Shown here: positions 18,584-28,406 of the stretch, piece after piece | How the letters are laid out: every line of letters begins with the position of its first letter | Numbering within the stretch: position 1 is the stretch's first letter | Assembly (NCBI GenBank): GCA_963662615.2 | Contig: CAXXSR010000001.1 | Coordinates: 1,664,001-1,728,000, forward strand | DNA: 64,000 nucleotides | DNA from: Dehalococcoidia bacterium | Lineage (GTDB): Bacteria; Chloroflexota; Dehalococcoidia; Bin125 | Reading direction: 5' to 3' | Notes under the pieces: model-generated | What the model was told of the DNA's origin: nothing | Database searches by the model: none | The model's input: the letters and a program-made list of their open reading frames with translations, nothing else | Position numbers and translations under genes: made by a program

Positions 18584-20137
18584 ATGCGAGCACTCGTCTA
18601 CTGCCGCGTGTCGACCGATGCCCAAGAGCGAGATGGCACTTCCCTCGATACTCAGGAGCGGGCGGCCGTCAAGGTTGCGCGCGAGTCCGGCTATTCGGTG
18701 ACCGAAACGGTCCGCGACACCGCGAGCGGATTCACGCTCGAACGGCCGGGAATCGAACACGTCCGGCGTCTGCTCAGGGCCGGCGCCGTCGACATCGTGC
18801 TGGCCTACGCCGTCGACCGATTGTCCCGCAACCAGAACCACATCGGTGTCCTCTTCGACGAGGTCGCTCAAGCTGGGGCTCAACTGGAGTTCGTGACGGA
18901 GGACTTCGAGGACACGGCGATCGGCCGCTTCATCTTGGCGGCGCGCGCGTTCACGGCGGAGGTCGAGCGCGAGAAGATCGCCGAGAGAACGATGCGCGGC
19001 AAGGCGGAGCGCGCGCGGCGAGGGAAGCTCCCTCAGGGTACGGGCAAGGGGATGTACGGATACGCGTACGACCCGGATACCGGAACTCGACAGATTGTCG
19101 AGGCGCAAGCAGCGGTCGTTCGACGGATCTTCGAGGCGTTCGTCGCGGGTCGAGCGTGCAACGGGATCTCGAACGATCTGAACGGCGACGGTGTTCCTGC
19201 GTTCAGCGGCGGGCGCTGGTACGCGCTGACGATCCGTCGACTGCTCAAGAATGAAGCGTTCGCGGGACGAACGATCTACCGGCGGACCCGCGCAGATCGG
19301 GTGCGGGATGTGGCGCGCGGTCGCTGGACGCGGCGCATCGTGGAGCGGGACCAGTCAGAGTGGATTGAGGTCGCGGGAGCGACGCCGGTGATCATCGACC
19401 GAGGCCTGTTCGACGCGGCACAGAAGATTCTCGACGATCCATCTCGCCGCCCACAGACGGCTCCGTCAGACGTGTACCTGCTCCGGGGCCGGATCTCTTG
19501 CCGGGAGTGCGGTGCGAAGATGGTCGGCCATGCTTCGAATCGAGGGCGCTATCGCTACTACCGCTGCCCGAACGGCTCAAGCGGTCCGGGAGAGACATCG
19601 TGCTGCTCAAGGTACATCCGCATCGAGCGCCTTGAGGGCGCGGTGAAGACGGCCTTGACCGATCTGCTTGCTTCACCGGACCGGCTTCTTGGTGAGGCGA
19701 AGCGTCTCGCCAGACGTCAGCCGCAAGACGAGGACCTTGAGAAAGTGTTCCAAGCCTTAGGCGAGGTGGAGTCCGCTCAGGGAAGACTGGTCCGACTGTA
19801 TACGACCGAGGCGCTTCCCGAGCACCTGCTGCGCGAAGAATCTCGGGTCCTGTCTGAGCGGCGTGAGGTGCTGGAGAACACGCGCCGAGAGCTGCAAGCT
19901 CAAACGGTGCCCACGCCCCGCGACTTCTCGCGGATCGCAGGCGACGTACCAGCGGCACTCTCGGCCATCCGCAGTTGGGTTAAGGACGCGAGCGGGGACG
20001 ACTTCGATCTCATGCTGCGGGCTGTCGATGCACAGGTCAGAGCCTCACACGAAGGGGTCGAGATCGCGGGCGCCGTGCCGATCTTCCCAGATGGGGATCA
20101 GGCGGATTTCGCTACCATTGAACAAACATCGGCATGA
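18584..20137 (+). CDS. Large serine recombinase (integrase)
   Basis: MRALVYCRVSTDAQ (catalytic Ser), DRLSR, recombinase domain, zinc ribbon CRECG...YYRC, coiled coil. Confidence 0.93.
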   Translation: MRALVYCRVSTDAQERDGTSLDTQERAAVKVARESGYSVTETVRDTASGFTLERPGIEHVRRLLRAGAVDIVLAYAVDRLSRNQNHIGVLFDEVAQAGAQLEFVTEDFEDTAIGRFILAARAFTAEVEREKIAERTMRGKAERARRGKLPQGTGKGMYGYAYDPDTGTRQIVEAQAAVVRRIFEAFVAGRACNGISNDLNGDGVPAFSGGRWYALTIRRLLKNEAFAGRTIYRRTRADRVRDVARGRWTRRIVERDQSEWIEVAGATPVIIDRGLFDAAQKILDDPSRRPQTAPSDVYLLRGRISCRECGAKMVGHASNRGRYRYYRCPNGSSGPGETSCCSRYIRIERLEGAVKTALTDLLASPDRLLGEAKRLARRQPQDEDLEKVFQALGEVESAQGRLVRLYTTEALPEHLLREESRVLSERREVLENTRRELQAQTVPTPRDFSRIAGDVPAALSAIRSWVKDASGDDFDLMLRAVDAQVRASHEGVEIAGAVPIFPDGDQADFATIEQTSA

Positions 20138-21242
20138 TGACGTGGATGTAGTTGTCACGGCCAAGAGGCCGGAAGACGCCCGGGTTGGACGGACCGGTTG
20201 ACTCCAGGGCGATCTGACCGCCTCCCAGCACTTGCAGCACGTCCTGAAGATAGCGGCTATTGAAGGCGACCTTGGCTTCCTCGCCTTCGACCGTCGCGTC
20301 CATCTCCCCTTGATGATCGCCCTGCTCTTCCGCGCGGGCCGAGATGGCGATCTTCCCCGGCTGCGTGTTGGCCGGCACGATCACCAGCCGCACGATGCCG
20401 CTGCCGTCCCGCGCGAAGACCGCCGCCGTGCGGACTTCGCGGAGGAATTCGGCCGTGTCAACCGTGGCGCGGGTTTGATAATCGGCGGGGATGAGCTGGT
20501 TGAAACTGGGGAACGTTCCCTGGATCAGCTGCGCCGTCAGTTCGAGATCAGTGAGCCGGAACAGGACCTGGCTGCGGGCGCCGTTCACGTGCAACTCTAC
20601 GGGCTCTTCTTGTTCAGCCAGGAGCCGGCTCAGCTCTTGCAACGCCCGCGCGGGCACGATGATCTCAATGGAAGCCTCCGGCGCCTCCGCGATGTCCAAG
20701 TGATAGACAGCGAGCCGGAAGCCGTCAGCGGCCGCGAGCGTGAGCCGCTCCTCATCAATGCGGAGATGAACGCCGGTCAGCACCGGCCGGCTGTCGTCCG
20801 TGGCGGCGGCGAAGACGACGTGCTCGATCGCTTCGCGGAGGGCATCAGGCTCGAGACGGATCGTGTCGCCTTCGGTGATGGTGGGGATGGGCGGAAAGTC
20901 GTCCGCGTCCATCCCGCTGATCGTCGCCTCGTTGCGCGCGCAGACGATCTGGGCCTGGCGCGAACGCGGGGCCACCGTCACGGTGATGTCCGCGGGAGGC
21001 AGCGAGGCGACGAATTCCGTCAGCAGCCGCGCCGGGATCGTGATCGCGCCCTCTTCTTCGACGGTTGCCGTCACCCAACCCGTGATGGCGATCTCCAGAT
21101 TCGTGGCCGCGAGCTTGAGGCGATCCCCTTCCGTGGCCAGGTAGATATGCGAGGTCTGGGGGAGGGTGCTGCGCGCCGCCACTGCCCGGCCGACTGTGGC
21201 GAGCCCGCGCTGCAAGACCTCTTGCCGCGTAGCGAGCTTCAC
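20112..21242 (-). CDS. dnaN: DNA polymerase III beta sliding clamp
   Basis: ATNLEI, DDSRPVLTGV, AADGFRLA and C-terminal VIMPMFVQW; 376 aa. Confidence 0.97.
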   Translation of the reverse strand: MKLATRQEVLQRGLATVGRAVAARSTLPQTSHIYLATEGDRLKLAATNLEIAITGWVTATVEEEGAITIPARLLTEFVASLPPADITVTVAPRSRQAQIVCARNEATISGMDADDFPPIPTITEGDTIRLEPDALREAIEHVVFAAATDDSRPVLTGVHLRIDEERLTLAAADGFRLAVYHLDIAEAPEASIEIIVPARALQELSRLLAEQEEPVELHVNGARSQVLFRLTDLELTAQLIQGTFPSFNQLIPADYQTRATVDTAEFLREVRTAAVFARDGSGIVRLVIVPANTQPGKIAISARAEEQGDHQGEMDATVEGEEAKVAFNSRYLQDVLQVLGGGQIALESTGPSNPGVFRPLGRDNYIHVIMPMFVQW

Positions 21243-21357
21243 GAGTTCCTCCGCAGAATTGTTTAGCCGGCTATGCTATTGACTGTTTCAGTCTAGTGAA
21301 AAACTGCCGCACTGGTGAGCGCGAATCAGGAAAAGATCGCCACTGGCGACAAAACGC

Positions 21358-21377
21358 GGTGGATAAGCTGTGGAAAA
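21358..21377 (-). promoter_or_regulatory. Two tandem DnaA boxes upstream of dnaN
   Basis: GGTGGATAA (21358-21366) and TGTGGAAAA (21369-21377), each one mismatch from TGTGGATAA and 2 bp apart. Confidence 0.65.
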
Positions 21378-21383
21378 ACGGAA

Positions 21384-22682
21384 TTACGGTCGCCGATGGA
21401 CCGTCGCCATCGCCCCGACAGCCGCCTCAAGCGTCGCGTCGATGACGGCGTCATCGTGCGCCAGCGAAACGAACATGGCCTCGAATTGCGAGGGGGCCAG
21501 GTTGACGCCGCCATTGAGCGCGCCGTGAAAGAAGCGGCTGTAGGCGTCGGTGTCGCTGGCGGCCGCTGCGGCGTAGTCCGTGGGGAGCTCCGCGCGGAAG
21601 AAGCCGGTCAGGATTGAGCCCGCGCGGCTCACGACGTAGTCCAGCTCCGCCTGTCGGGCGGCGTGGACGAGCCCGTCCCCCAGACGGCGAGCGCGCCGCT
21701 CAAGGTCGTCGTAGACGGCGGGATCGGTAAGCGCGTCGAGGGTGGCGATGCCGGCGGACATAGCCAGAGGGTTGCCGGATAATGTTCCGGCCTGATACAC
21801 CGGACCCGCCGGGGCAAGGGATTGCATGATCCCTGCTGGACCGCCCAGCGCGCCGACGGGAAGCCCGCCTCCGATGATCTTGCCCAAGCAAGTGAGATCC
21901 GGCTTGACGTCCAGTAGCGTCTGCGCGCCGCCCCGGTGCACGCGGAAGCCAGTGATGACCTCGTCAAAGATCAGCAGTGCGCCCGTCCCCGTGGCGATAT
22001 CCCGCAAGGCGGGCAGGAAGCCTTCAAGCGGGGAAATGACGCCCATGTTGGCGGCGATGGGCTCAACGATGATCGCCGCCAAGTCGTCGCTGTGGCGCTC
22101 GGCGATCGTCCGAGCCGCGTCCGCATCGTTGTAGGGCGCCACCAGCGTCTCGGCGGCGTACGTCGGGGGGACGCCTGCCGTATCGGGGAGCGCGAAGGTT
22201 GCGAGGCCGGACCCTGCCTTGACGAGCAGCCCATCGCTGTGCCCGTGATAGCAGCCGGCAAACTTCAGGACCTTCTGCCGCCCGGTATAGCCGCGCGCGA
22301 GCCGAATCGCCGTCATCGTCGCCTCCGTGCCGGAGTTGACGAAGCGCACCATCTCGATCGAGGGCAGGACGTCGACGACGCGTTGCGCCAGCGCCGTCTC
22401 CAGCTCCGTAGGAGCGCCGTAGGCCGTGCCGCGAGTCGCGGCCTCCTGCAATGCCGTGACGACTGCAGCGGGCGCGTGCCCGAGGATCAAGGGCCCGTAG
22501 GCGGAGACGTAGTCGATGTAGCGATTGCCATCGACGTCGAAGAGATAGGGGCCCTCCCCCCTGGCGATCACGAGGGGATCGCCGCCGACAGCCTTGAACG
22601 CACGGACGGGGCTATTGACCCCCCCGGGGAGGACGCCAAGGGCGTCGGCGAATGCCCTGGCTGACGCGGGGCCAGCGCTCAT
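21384..22682 (-). CDS. hemL: Glutamate-1-semialdehyde 2,1-aminomutase
   Basis: PGGVNSPVRAF, NSGTEATM, FDEVITGFR, LGKIIGGG and YQAGTLSGNP motifs. Confidence 0.97.
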   Translation of the reverse strand: MSAGPASARAFADALGVLPGGVNSPVRAFKAVGGDPLVIARGEGPYLFDVDGNRYIDYVSAYGPLILGHAPAAVVTALQEAATRGTAYGAPTELETALAQRVVDVLPSIEMVRFVNSGTEATMTAIRLARGYTGRQKVLKFAGCYHGHSDGLLVKAGSGLATFALPDTAGVPPTYAAETLVAPYNDADAARTIAERHSDDLAAIIVEPIAANMGVISPLEGFLPALRDIATGTGALLIFDEVITGFRVHRGGAQTLLDVKPDLTCLGKIIGGGLPVGALGGPAGIMQSLAPAGPVYQAGTLSGNPLAMSAGIATLDALTDPAVYDDLERRARRLGDGLVHAARQAELDYVVSRAGSILTGFFRAELPTDYAAAAASDTDAYSRFFHGALNGGVNLAPSQFEAMFVSLAHDDAVIDATLEAAVGAMATVHRRP

Positions 22683-22833
22683 TTGGGTTTCCCAGCCGGC
22701 CCAGATACGGAGCCGCTCGGCTTGGCAGGGAGAAGCGGCGGCAAGACGCCGTCATGGGCGTGTGGCCGCTCGCCGTTGGGGATTGAGACACCGGCGCTCG
22801 CCCCGAAGCGATCGTTGTCCTTACGAGCGCGGT

Positions 22834-23832
22834 TCACTGGAGCCATTGAGCCATCTCTTTGGCGTGATAGGTGAGGATCAGGTCCGCGCCCGCCCGCTTG
22901 ATGCCCAGCAGCGTTTCCTGCACCACGCGCTCTTCGTCCAGCCAGCCGTTGGCGGCGGCCGCTTTGATCATGGCGTACTCCCCGCTGACGTTGTAGGCGG
23001 CGAGGGGGAGATCGAAGCGCTGGCGGACCCGTTGCACCACATCCAGATAGGCGAGCGCCGGCTTCACCATGATCAGGTCGGCCCCTTCCGCGATGTCCAA
23101 GGCGACCTCGCGGAGCGCCTCGCGAACGTTCGCCGGATCCATTTGATAGCCGCGCCGGTCCCCGAAGGCGGGAGCCGAGTCCGCGGCCTCCCGGAAGGGC
23201 CCGTAGTAGGCGGAGGCGAACTTCGCGGCGTAGGCGAGGATCGCCGTCGTTTCGAATCCCGCCTCGTCAAGGGCGCGGCGAATCGCTTCCACGCGGCCGT
23301 CCATCATGTCGCTGGGGGCGACGATGTCGGCGCCGGCTTCGGCGTGGCTGACGGCGGTCGCCGTGAGCAGCTCCACCGAGGGATCGTTCAGCACTTCACC
23401 CTCCGCGGAGACCACGCCGCAATGGCCGTGATCGGTGTACTCGCAGAGGCAGACGTCCGTGATCACCACCAGGTCCGGGGCAGCCGCTTTGAGCGTCCGG
23501 ATCGCGTCTTGCACGATGCCTCCGCGCGCGTACGCCTCCGAGCCGTTGGGATCCTTGGTCGCCGGGAGGCCGAAGAGGAGAACCGCCGGCACCTGCAGCC
23601 GGCCGAGCTCCGCCGCTTCCGCCGGCAGCTGGTCCAGCGAGAGATGGAACTGGCCGGGCATGGAGGGGATGGCCTCGCGGACGTCGTGATCGTGCACGAT
23701 GAAGAGCGGGTAGATGAAGTCCGACGGACTGAGGGTGGTCTCGCGGACCATGGCACGGAGCGCGCCGGTCCGGCGCAGGCGGCGCAGCCGTTGCGGGAGA
23801 ATGAGAGAACTCTTGCGTGCGGTCTCAAGCAT
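22834..23832 (-). CDS. hemB: Porphobilinogen synthase (Zn-type)
   Basis: [27 protein letters not shown] and YNVSGEY motifs. Confidence 0.97.
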   Translation of the reverse strand: MLETARKSSLILPQRLRRLRRTGALRAMVRETTLSPSDFIYPLFIVHDHDVREAIPSMPGQFHLSLDQLPAEAAELGRLQVPAVLLFGLPATKDPNGSEAYARGGIVQDAIRTLKAAAPDLVVITDVCLCEYTDHGHCGVVSAEGEVLNDPSVELLTATAVSHAEAGADIVAPSDMMDGRVEAIRRALDEAGFETTAILAYAAKFASAYYGPFREAADSAPAFGDRRGYQMDPANVREALREVALDIAEGADLIMVKPALAYLDVVQRVRQRFDLPLAAYNVSGEYAMIKAAAANGWLDEERVVQETLLGIKRAGADLILTYHAKEMAQWLQ

Positions 23833-25369
23833 GGGCGACGACCTTTCGGTAGTGATCGCGCAGGGCCGCGACGAGTCCCGGGATGGTGTGAACCGGGCTC
23901 ACGAGGCCGACCCTGAGCCCCAGCTCCGCTGCTGTCTGGGCGGTCACGGGGCCGATACAGGCGATCAGCGTCTCGTTCAGCAGCTCGGCCCGATCCTGCA
24001 GGAGATCGACGCAGCCTCGGACCGTGGAGGAGGCGGTGAAGGTGGCGACGTCCACCTCTCCGGCATCGAGGGGCGACAGGATCGCGGGATCGACCTGAGC
24101 GACGGGGCGCGTGTGGTACACCGGCACTTCGTCCACGCACGCGCCGCGGGCTTGGAGGGCGCGTGGCAGCACGTCGCGAGCCTCGGCGGCGCGGGCGAGT
24201 AAGACTCGCGCGCCCGCCATCGGCTCGGCCGCCAATGCGGCCACGAGGGCCTCGGCGACGAAGCGCTCCGGCACCACGTCCGCGCTCAATCCCCGCTCGC
24301 GCAGCGCCTTCGCCGTCTCGGGCCCGATGGCAGCGATCCGCGTGCCCGCGAACGCCCGGCTATCGAGAGACGCCGCGTCCAGGCGCCGAATGAACTCGGT
24401 CACGCCGTTCGGGCTCGTGAAGAGCGCCCAATCGTACTGGCCCGCCGCAAGCCGCGCGATGGCCGCGCGCACGGGCTCCGCTGCGGCGGGAGCGATCTCA
24501 ATCGTCGGCAGTTCCAGCGCGTCGGCGCCCTCGTCTCGCAGGCGGCGGACCAGCGCGCCGGCCTGCGGGCGGGATCGCGTCACCAGCACCCGCTTGCCGA
24601 AGAGGGGCCGATTTTCGAACCATTGGATCTCCCGGCGCAGCCGGACGACCTCCCCGACGACGATCACGACAGGCGGCGGCAGCTCCTCGCGCTCAACTTC
24701 GACCGCCAGGCCGTCCAGGCGCGCCGTGACGACACGCTGTTGCGGCGTGGCGCCGCGGTGGATGGCGGCGGCGGGCGTGGCCGGGTCACGCCCCTCGGCG
24801 ATGAGCCTGTTGGCAATGTGGGACAGGTTGCGGCGGCCCATCAGAAAGAGCAGGGTGTCCGCGCCATGCGCCAGATGCGCCCAGTCGATCGCGCTGGCAT
24901 CCTTCGATTCGTCCTCATGGCCGGTGGCCACGGTGAAGGAGGAGGCCAGCGCGCGGTGCGTCACGGGGATGCCGGCGTACGCGGGCGCCGCCACGGCCGA
25001 GGTCAGGCCGGGCACCACCTCAAAGGCGATGCCGGCCCGGGCCAGCGCCTGGGCTTCCTCCCCGCCGCGACCGAATACGAAGGGATCGCCGCCCTTGAGG
25101 CGCACGACGTCCTTGCCGGCGCGAGCGCGCTCCACGAGGAGCCGATTGATCTGATCCTGGCTCATGCCTGGAGCGGCCGGCGTCTTGCCCACGTCGATCA
25201 GCTCTGCGTGTGCGGGGACGTCGCGGAGCAGGGTTCGATCGACCAGGCGGTCATAGAGCACGGCATCGGCGCGCCGGAGTCGCGCCTCTCCGGCGACGGT
25301 AATCAGGTCGGGATCGCCCGGGCCGGCGCCGACCAGGCTGACGAAGCCTGCACGCCCGTTGTCGCTCAC
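23825..25369 (-). CDS. cobA: Uroporphyrinogen-III C-methyltransferase / uroporphyrinogen-III synthase fusion (CobA-HemD)
   Basis: [13 protein letters not shown] and [16 protein letters not shown], followed by a HemD domain ([24 protein letters not shown]). Confidence 0.95.
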   Translation of the reverse strand: MSDNGRAGFVSLVGAGPGDPDLITVAGEARLRRADAVLYDRLVDRTLLRDVPAHAELIDVGKTPAAPGMSQDQINRLLVERARAGKDVVRLKGGDPFVFGRGGEEAQALARAGIAFEVVPGLTSAVAAPAYAGIPVTHRALASSFTVATGHEDESKDASAIDWAHLAHGADTLLFLMGRRNLSHIANRLIAEGRDPATPAAAIHRGATPQQRVVTARLDGLAVEVEREELPPPVVIVVGEVVRLRREIQWFENRPLFGKRVLVTRSRPQAGALVRRLRDEGADALELPTIEIAPAAAEPVRAAIARLAAGQYDWALFTSPNGVTEFIRRLDAASLDSRAFAGTRIAAIGPETAKALRERGLSADVVPERFVAEALVAALAAEPMAGARVLLARAAEARDVLPRALQARGACVDEVPVYHTRPVAQVDPAILSPLDAGEVDVATFTASSTVRGCVDLLQDRAELLNETLIACIGPVTAQTAAELGLRVGLVSPVHTIPGLVAALRDHYRKVVAHA

Positions 25370-26280
25370 GGCACCCGCTCCCGCAGGAGGGCGTCGGCGC
25401 CTTGGGCGAGCAGCGCTTCCGCCACGGCGTCGCCGAGCGCTTCGGGGTCGGCGGCCGCGCCGGCGCGCTGCGCGGAGACGACACGGGCGCCGTCGTCGGA
25501 GAGGATGCGGGCCTGCAGCGTCAACTCCCTTGCCCGGACCTGCGCGAGCGCCGCCACGGCGAGCGTGCAGCCCGCGCCCAGCCTGCGCAGGAGGGCGCGC
25601 TCGGCTCGCACGGCCAGCGCCGTCGGTTGGTGATTGATGCGTCGCAGGACGGCAACCGTGTCGGCGTCGTCCCGCCGCGCCTGCAGGGCGATCGCGCCCT
25701 GGCCCGGGGAGGGCAGCATCACCTCAAGGGACAAGTATTCCGTCACGACGTTGAGGCGGTCCAATCGCGCCAGGCCGGCGGCGGCCAGCACGATGGCGTC
25801 GTAGGCGCCGTCGCTGACCTTCTGCAAACGCGTATCGACGTTGCCACGGATGTCCGCGGCCCGCAGGTCCGGCCGCTGGGCGCGCAACTGGGCCTCGCGG
25901 CGGCGACTGCTCGTGCCGATCAGCGCGCCGGGGGGGAGGTCGGCGAGAGGCCGACCGTCACGGCTGACGAGGGCGTCGCGCACGTCGGCGCGGGGCAGGA
26001 ACGCGACAAGCTCGGTGCCCTCCAGCAGTTGGGGAGGAATGTCCTTGGCGCTGTGCGCGGCCACGTCCACGCGGTGTTCCCGCAGCGCCTCCTCCAACTG
26101 ACGGACGAACACGCCTTGCCCTCCCAGGACGCGCAACGATGTCCCGCGGTCGCGGTCGCCTTGGGTGGAGCAGATCACTTCCTCTGTCTCGACACCGCAG
26201 GTGGCGAGGGCGCGGGCGGCTTCCTGCGCCTGGCGCCGCGCCAGCGCGCTGCCGCGCGTGCCGAGCCGTAGGGGCGGCAC
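25366..26280 (-). CDS. hemC: Hydroxymethylbilane synthase
   Basis: LRLGTRGSALA, HSAKD, GTSSRRR, IRGNVDTRL and LGAGC; GTG start at 26280. Confidence 0.95.
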   Translation of the reverse strand: MPPLRLGTRGSALARRQAQEAARALATCGVETEEVICSTQGDRDRGTSLRVLGGQGVFVRQLEEALREHRVDVAAHSAKDIPPQLLEGTELVAFLPRADVRDALVSRDGRPLADLPPGALIGTSSRRREAQLRAQRPDLRAADIRGNVDTRLQKVSDGAYDAIVLAAAGLARLDRLNVVTEYLSLEVMLPSPGQGAIALQARRDDADTVAVLRRINHQPTALAVRAERALLRRLGAGCTLAVAALAQVRARELTLQARILSDDGARVVSAQRAGAAADPEALGDAVAEALLAQGADALLRERVP

Positions 26281-26281
26281 C

Positions 26282-27595
26282 TCAGCCGTCCTCGACGCCG
26301 AGCAGACGCCGGACCATGGGCCCGCCATCCTGACCGTCCTCGGCGCCGTCCTCGACCCCAAAGATGGCACGGACGGTTTGCGTCGCTTCCCAGCTGTCGT
26401 CCGCGTATCGGAGGTAGGCGATGGGTTCGTGCAGCAGCTTCTTGACGATGGCGGCCGTCATGCGATCGAGCTTTTCCGCGGTTTGTGCATCCAGGCGGAG
26501 CTGGCGGAGCGTGCGCTCCAGCTCCGCATGTCGCACGGCCTCAGCCCGCTGCACCAGCGCCTTGATCGTGGGGACGGCGCGGCGGCCATCCAGCCACTCG
26601 TCGAAATCGCGGGCGGCCCGGCGGACGATGGTCCGCACGTCGTCCGCCGCTTCTTCACGGAGCTTGAGGTTGGCCTCCGAGACGGCCTGGAGGTTGTCGA
26701 TGTCGAAGAGGCGCACGCCGGGGATCTCGCCGACCTTGGGGTCGACATCGCGGGGGACCGCGACGTCCATGAATGTGATCGGCGTCGTTCGCCGAGAGAC
26801 GGCCTCTTTCACCAGGGCCGGGGCAACTACGAAGCCGGGAGCACTGCTGCAGGTGATCACCAGGTCCGCCTCGGCCAGCCCGTCGGCCAGGCGCGAGAAG
26901 GGCAGCACGGCGCCCTCAAGGAAGGCGGCCAGCTCCTCCGCTCGGCGCTCGGTGCGGCTGGTCACGGTGATCCGCCGCACGCCGTGATCGCGAAGCGCGC
27001 GGGCGGCCAGCTTGCCGGCGTCGCCGGCGCCGACGACGAGCGCGCGGCACTCACTGAGGGGCGGCACGTGGGCGCGGATCAGATTCACGGCCGCACTGCT
27101 CACGGAAACGGCGTGCCTGGCAATAGGAGTCTCGGAGCGGGCGCGCTTGCCCGTGCGGAGGGCGTCGTGGAACAGACGTGCGAGGACCGGGTCCAACGAC
27201 CCTGCTTGGTGCGCCGCGCTGAAGGCGCTCCGCACCTGCCCCAGGATCTGGCCTTCCCCCAAGATCATGGAATCCACGCCGGCCGCCACCGCGAACAGGT
27301 GCTCCGCTACCGCTCGCCCCTCCAGCGCATAGAAGGGGGGCAGATCCGTGGCCGGATCCAGGCCGCGGAGCCGCGCCAGATGGGACATCAATTCAGCCGG
27401 CGGCACCTCATTCGTGTCGTGGTTGGGATGGACATAGACCTCCGTGCGATTGCAGGTGGAAAGGAGGACGCCGTTGCCGTATTCCCTGCGGAAGTGGAGC
27501 AGCGCCCCGGGCAGGTCGCCGTTGCCGAGGGCGAGCTGCTCTCGTTGTTTCAGCGGAGCGGTCCGATGACTCACACCCGCGGCGATCAGCGTCAC
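26282..27595 (-). CDS. hemA: Glutamyl-tRNA reductase
   Basis: LSTCNRTEVY, SMILGEGQILGQV, VGAGDAG and DVAVPRDV; GTG start overlaps the upstream stop. Confidence 0.95.
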   Translation of the reverse strand: MTLIAAGVSHRTAPLKQREQLALGNGDLPGALLHFRREYGNGVLLSTCNRTEVYVHPNHDTNEVPPAELMSHLARLRGLDPATDLPPFYALEGRAVAEHLFAVAAGVDSMILGEGQILGQVRSAFSAAHQAGSLDPVLARLFHDALRTGKRARSETPIARHAVSVSSAAVNLIRAHVPPLSECRALVVGAGDAGKLAARALRDHGVRRITVTSRTERRAEELAAFLEGAVLPFSRLADGLAEADLVITCSSAPGFVVAPALVKEAVSRRTTPITFMDVAVPRDVDPKVGEIPGVRLFDIDNLQAVSEANLKLREEAADDVRTIVRRAARDFDEWLDGRRAVPTIKALVQRAEAVRHAELERTLRQLRLDAQTAEKLDRMTAAIVKKLLHEPIAYLRYADDSWEATQTVRAIFGVEDGAEDGQDGGPMVRRLLGVEDG

Positions 27596-28290
27596 GACGC
27601 GCTCCCCACAGATGCGGGCCGCTCGACCGGGGCCGTGCTGCTCACCTCCAGCGGAATCAGTGGCACACCCAGGCGGGAAAGCAACAAGGCTTTGGCTTGG
27701 CCCCAGCGCCTCTGCGCGAGAAGTGCGCGCAGCCGGCCGTCGATGGCGCGTTGCCACGTGTCTTGGCTGACGTGCGGCAATACGCCCCGATCCTTCAGCT
27801 CTCGCCGGACCTCCGCGAGCAGCTCCGCCAGGGGCACGAAGTCCTCCGTGAAATAGTCCGTCAGCTCCTCCCGCACGCGCCGCGCGAAGGCGGGACTGCC
27901 GCCGCCGGTGGAGATGCCAATGGTGATGGGGCCGCGCCGCACGACGGAGGGCAAGATGAAGTCGCAGTGCTGGGGATCGTCGGCGCAGTTCACCCAAATC
28001 CGTCGCTCTTGTCCCTCGGCGCGGATCGCCGCGTTGGCGGAGCGGTCGTCGGTGGCCACCATGACGATGGCGTAGCCCACCATGTCGCCGCGCTCGTAGG
28101 GGCGGGGGATGTGCCGGATGCGGCCGGCCGCCAGGCCCGCCTGCAGCGTGGCCTCGAGGCCCGGGCTGATCACGGTGACGTCGGCGCCAGCGTTGAGCAG
28201 GCCCGTCACCTTCCCCTGCGCCACCGTGCCGCCCCCGACGACAAGGCAGGGGCGCCGCCGGACGTCCAGGAAGATCGGGTAATACGTCAC
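27592..28290 (-). CDS. Precorrin-2 dehydrogenase / sirohydrochlorin ferrochelatase (CysG N-terminal / SirC-like)
   Basis: YPIFLD, LVVGGGTVAQGK, VNCADDP..CDF and ISTGGGSP motifs. Confidence 0.9.
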   Translation of the reverse strand: MTYYPIFLDVRRRPCLVVGGGTVAQGKVTGLLNAGADVTVISPGLEATLQAGLAAGRIRHIPRPYERGDMVGYAIVMVATDDRSANAAIRAEGQERRIWVNCADDPQHCDFILPSVVRRGPITIGISTGGGSPAFARRVREELTDYFTEDFVPLAELLAEVRRELKDRGVLPHVSQDTWQRAIDGRLRALLAQRRWGQAKALLLSRLGVPLIPLEVSSTAPVERPASVGSAS

Positions 28291-28406
28291 GAAGTCAACC
28301 GATCTTGGTTGCGGCCGCAGCCCGAGTTGCTGCCCCGAGGCGAAGAGTTCCTCCCGGCGTGGGGAGGCTTCGTCCCTGGCAACGGACTTCGTTGCCTGGC
28401 ATGCGC

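Larger units (their letters stand above)
1..20137. mobile_element. Defence genomic island / integrative element (right portion), apparently inserted at the 3' end of dnaN; left boundary outside the window
   Basis: Defence genes, gene remnants, an IS and three recombinase genes end abruptly at a large serine recombinase that overlaps the dnaN 3' end; housekeeping genes follow. The second att site is not visible. Confidence 0.75.
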
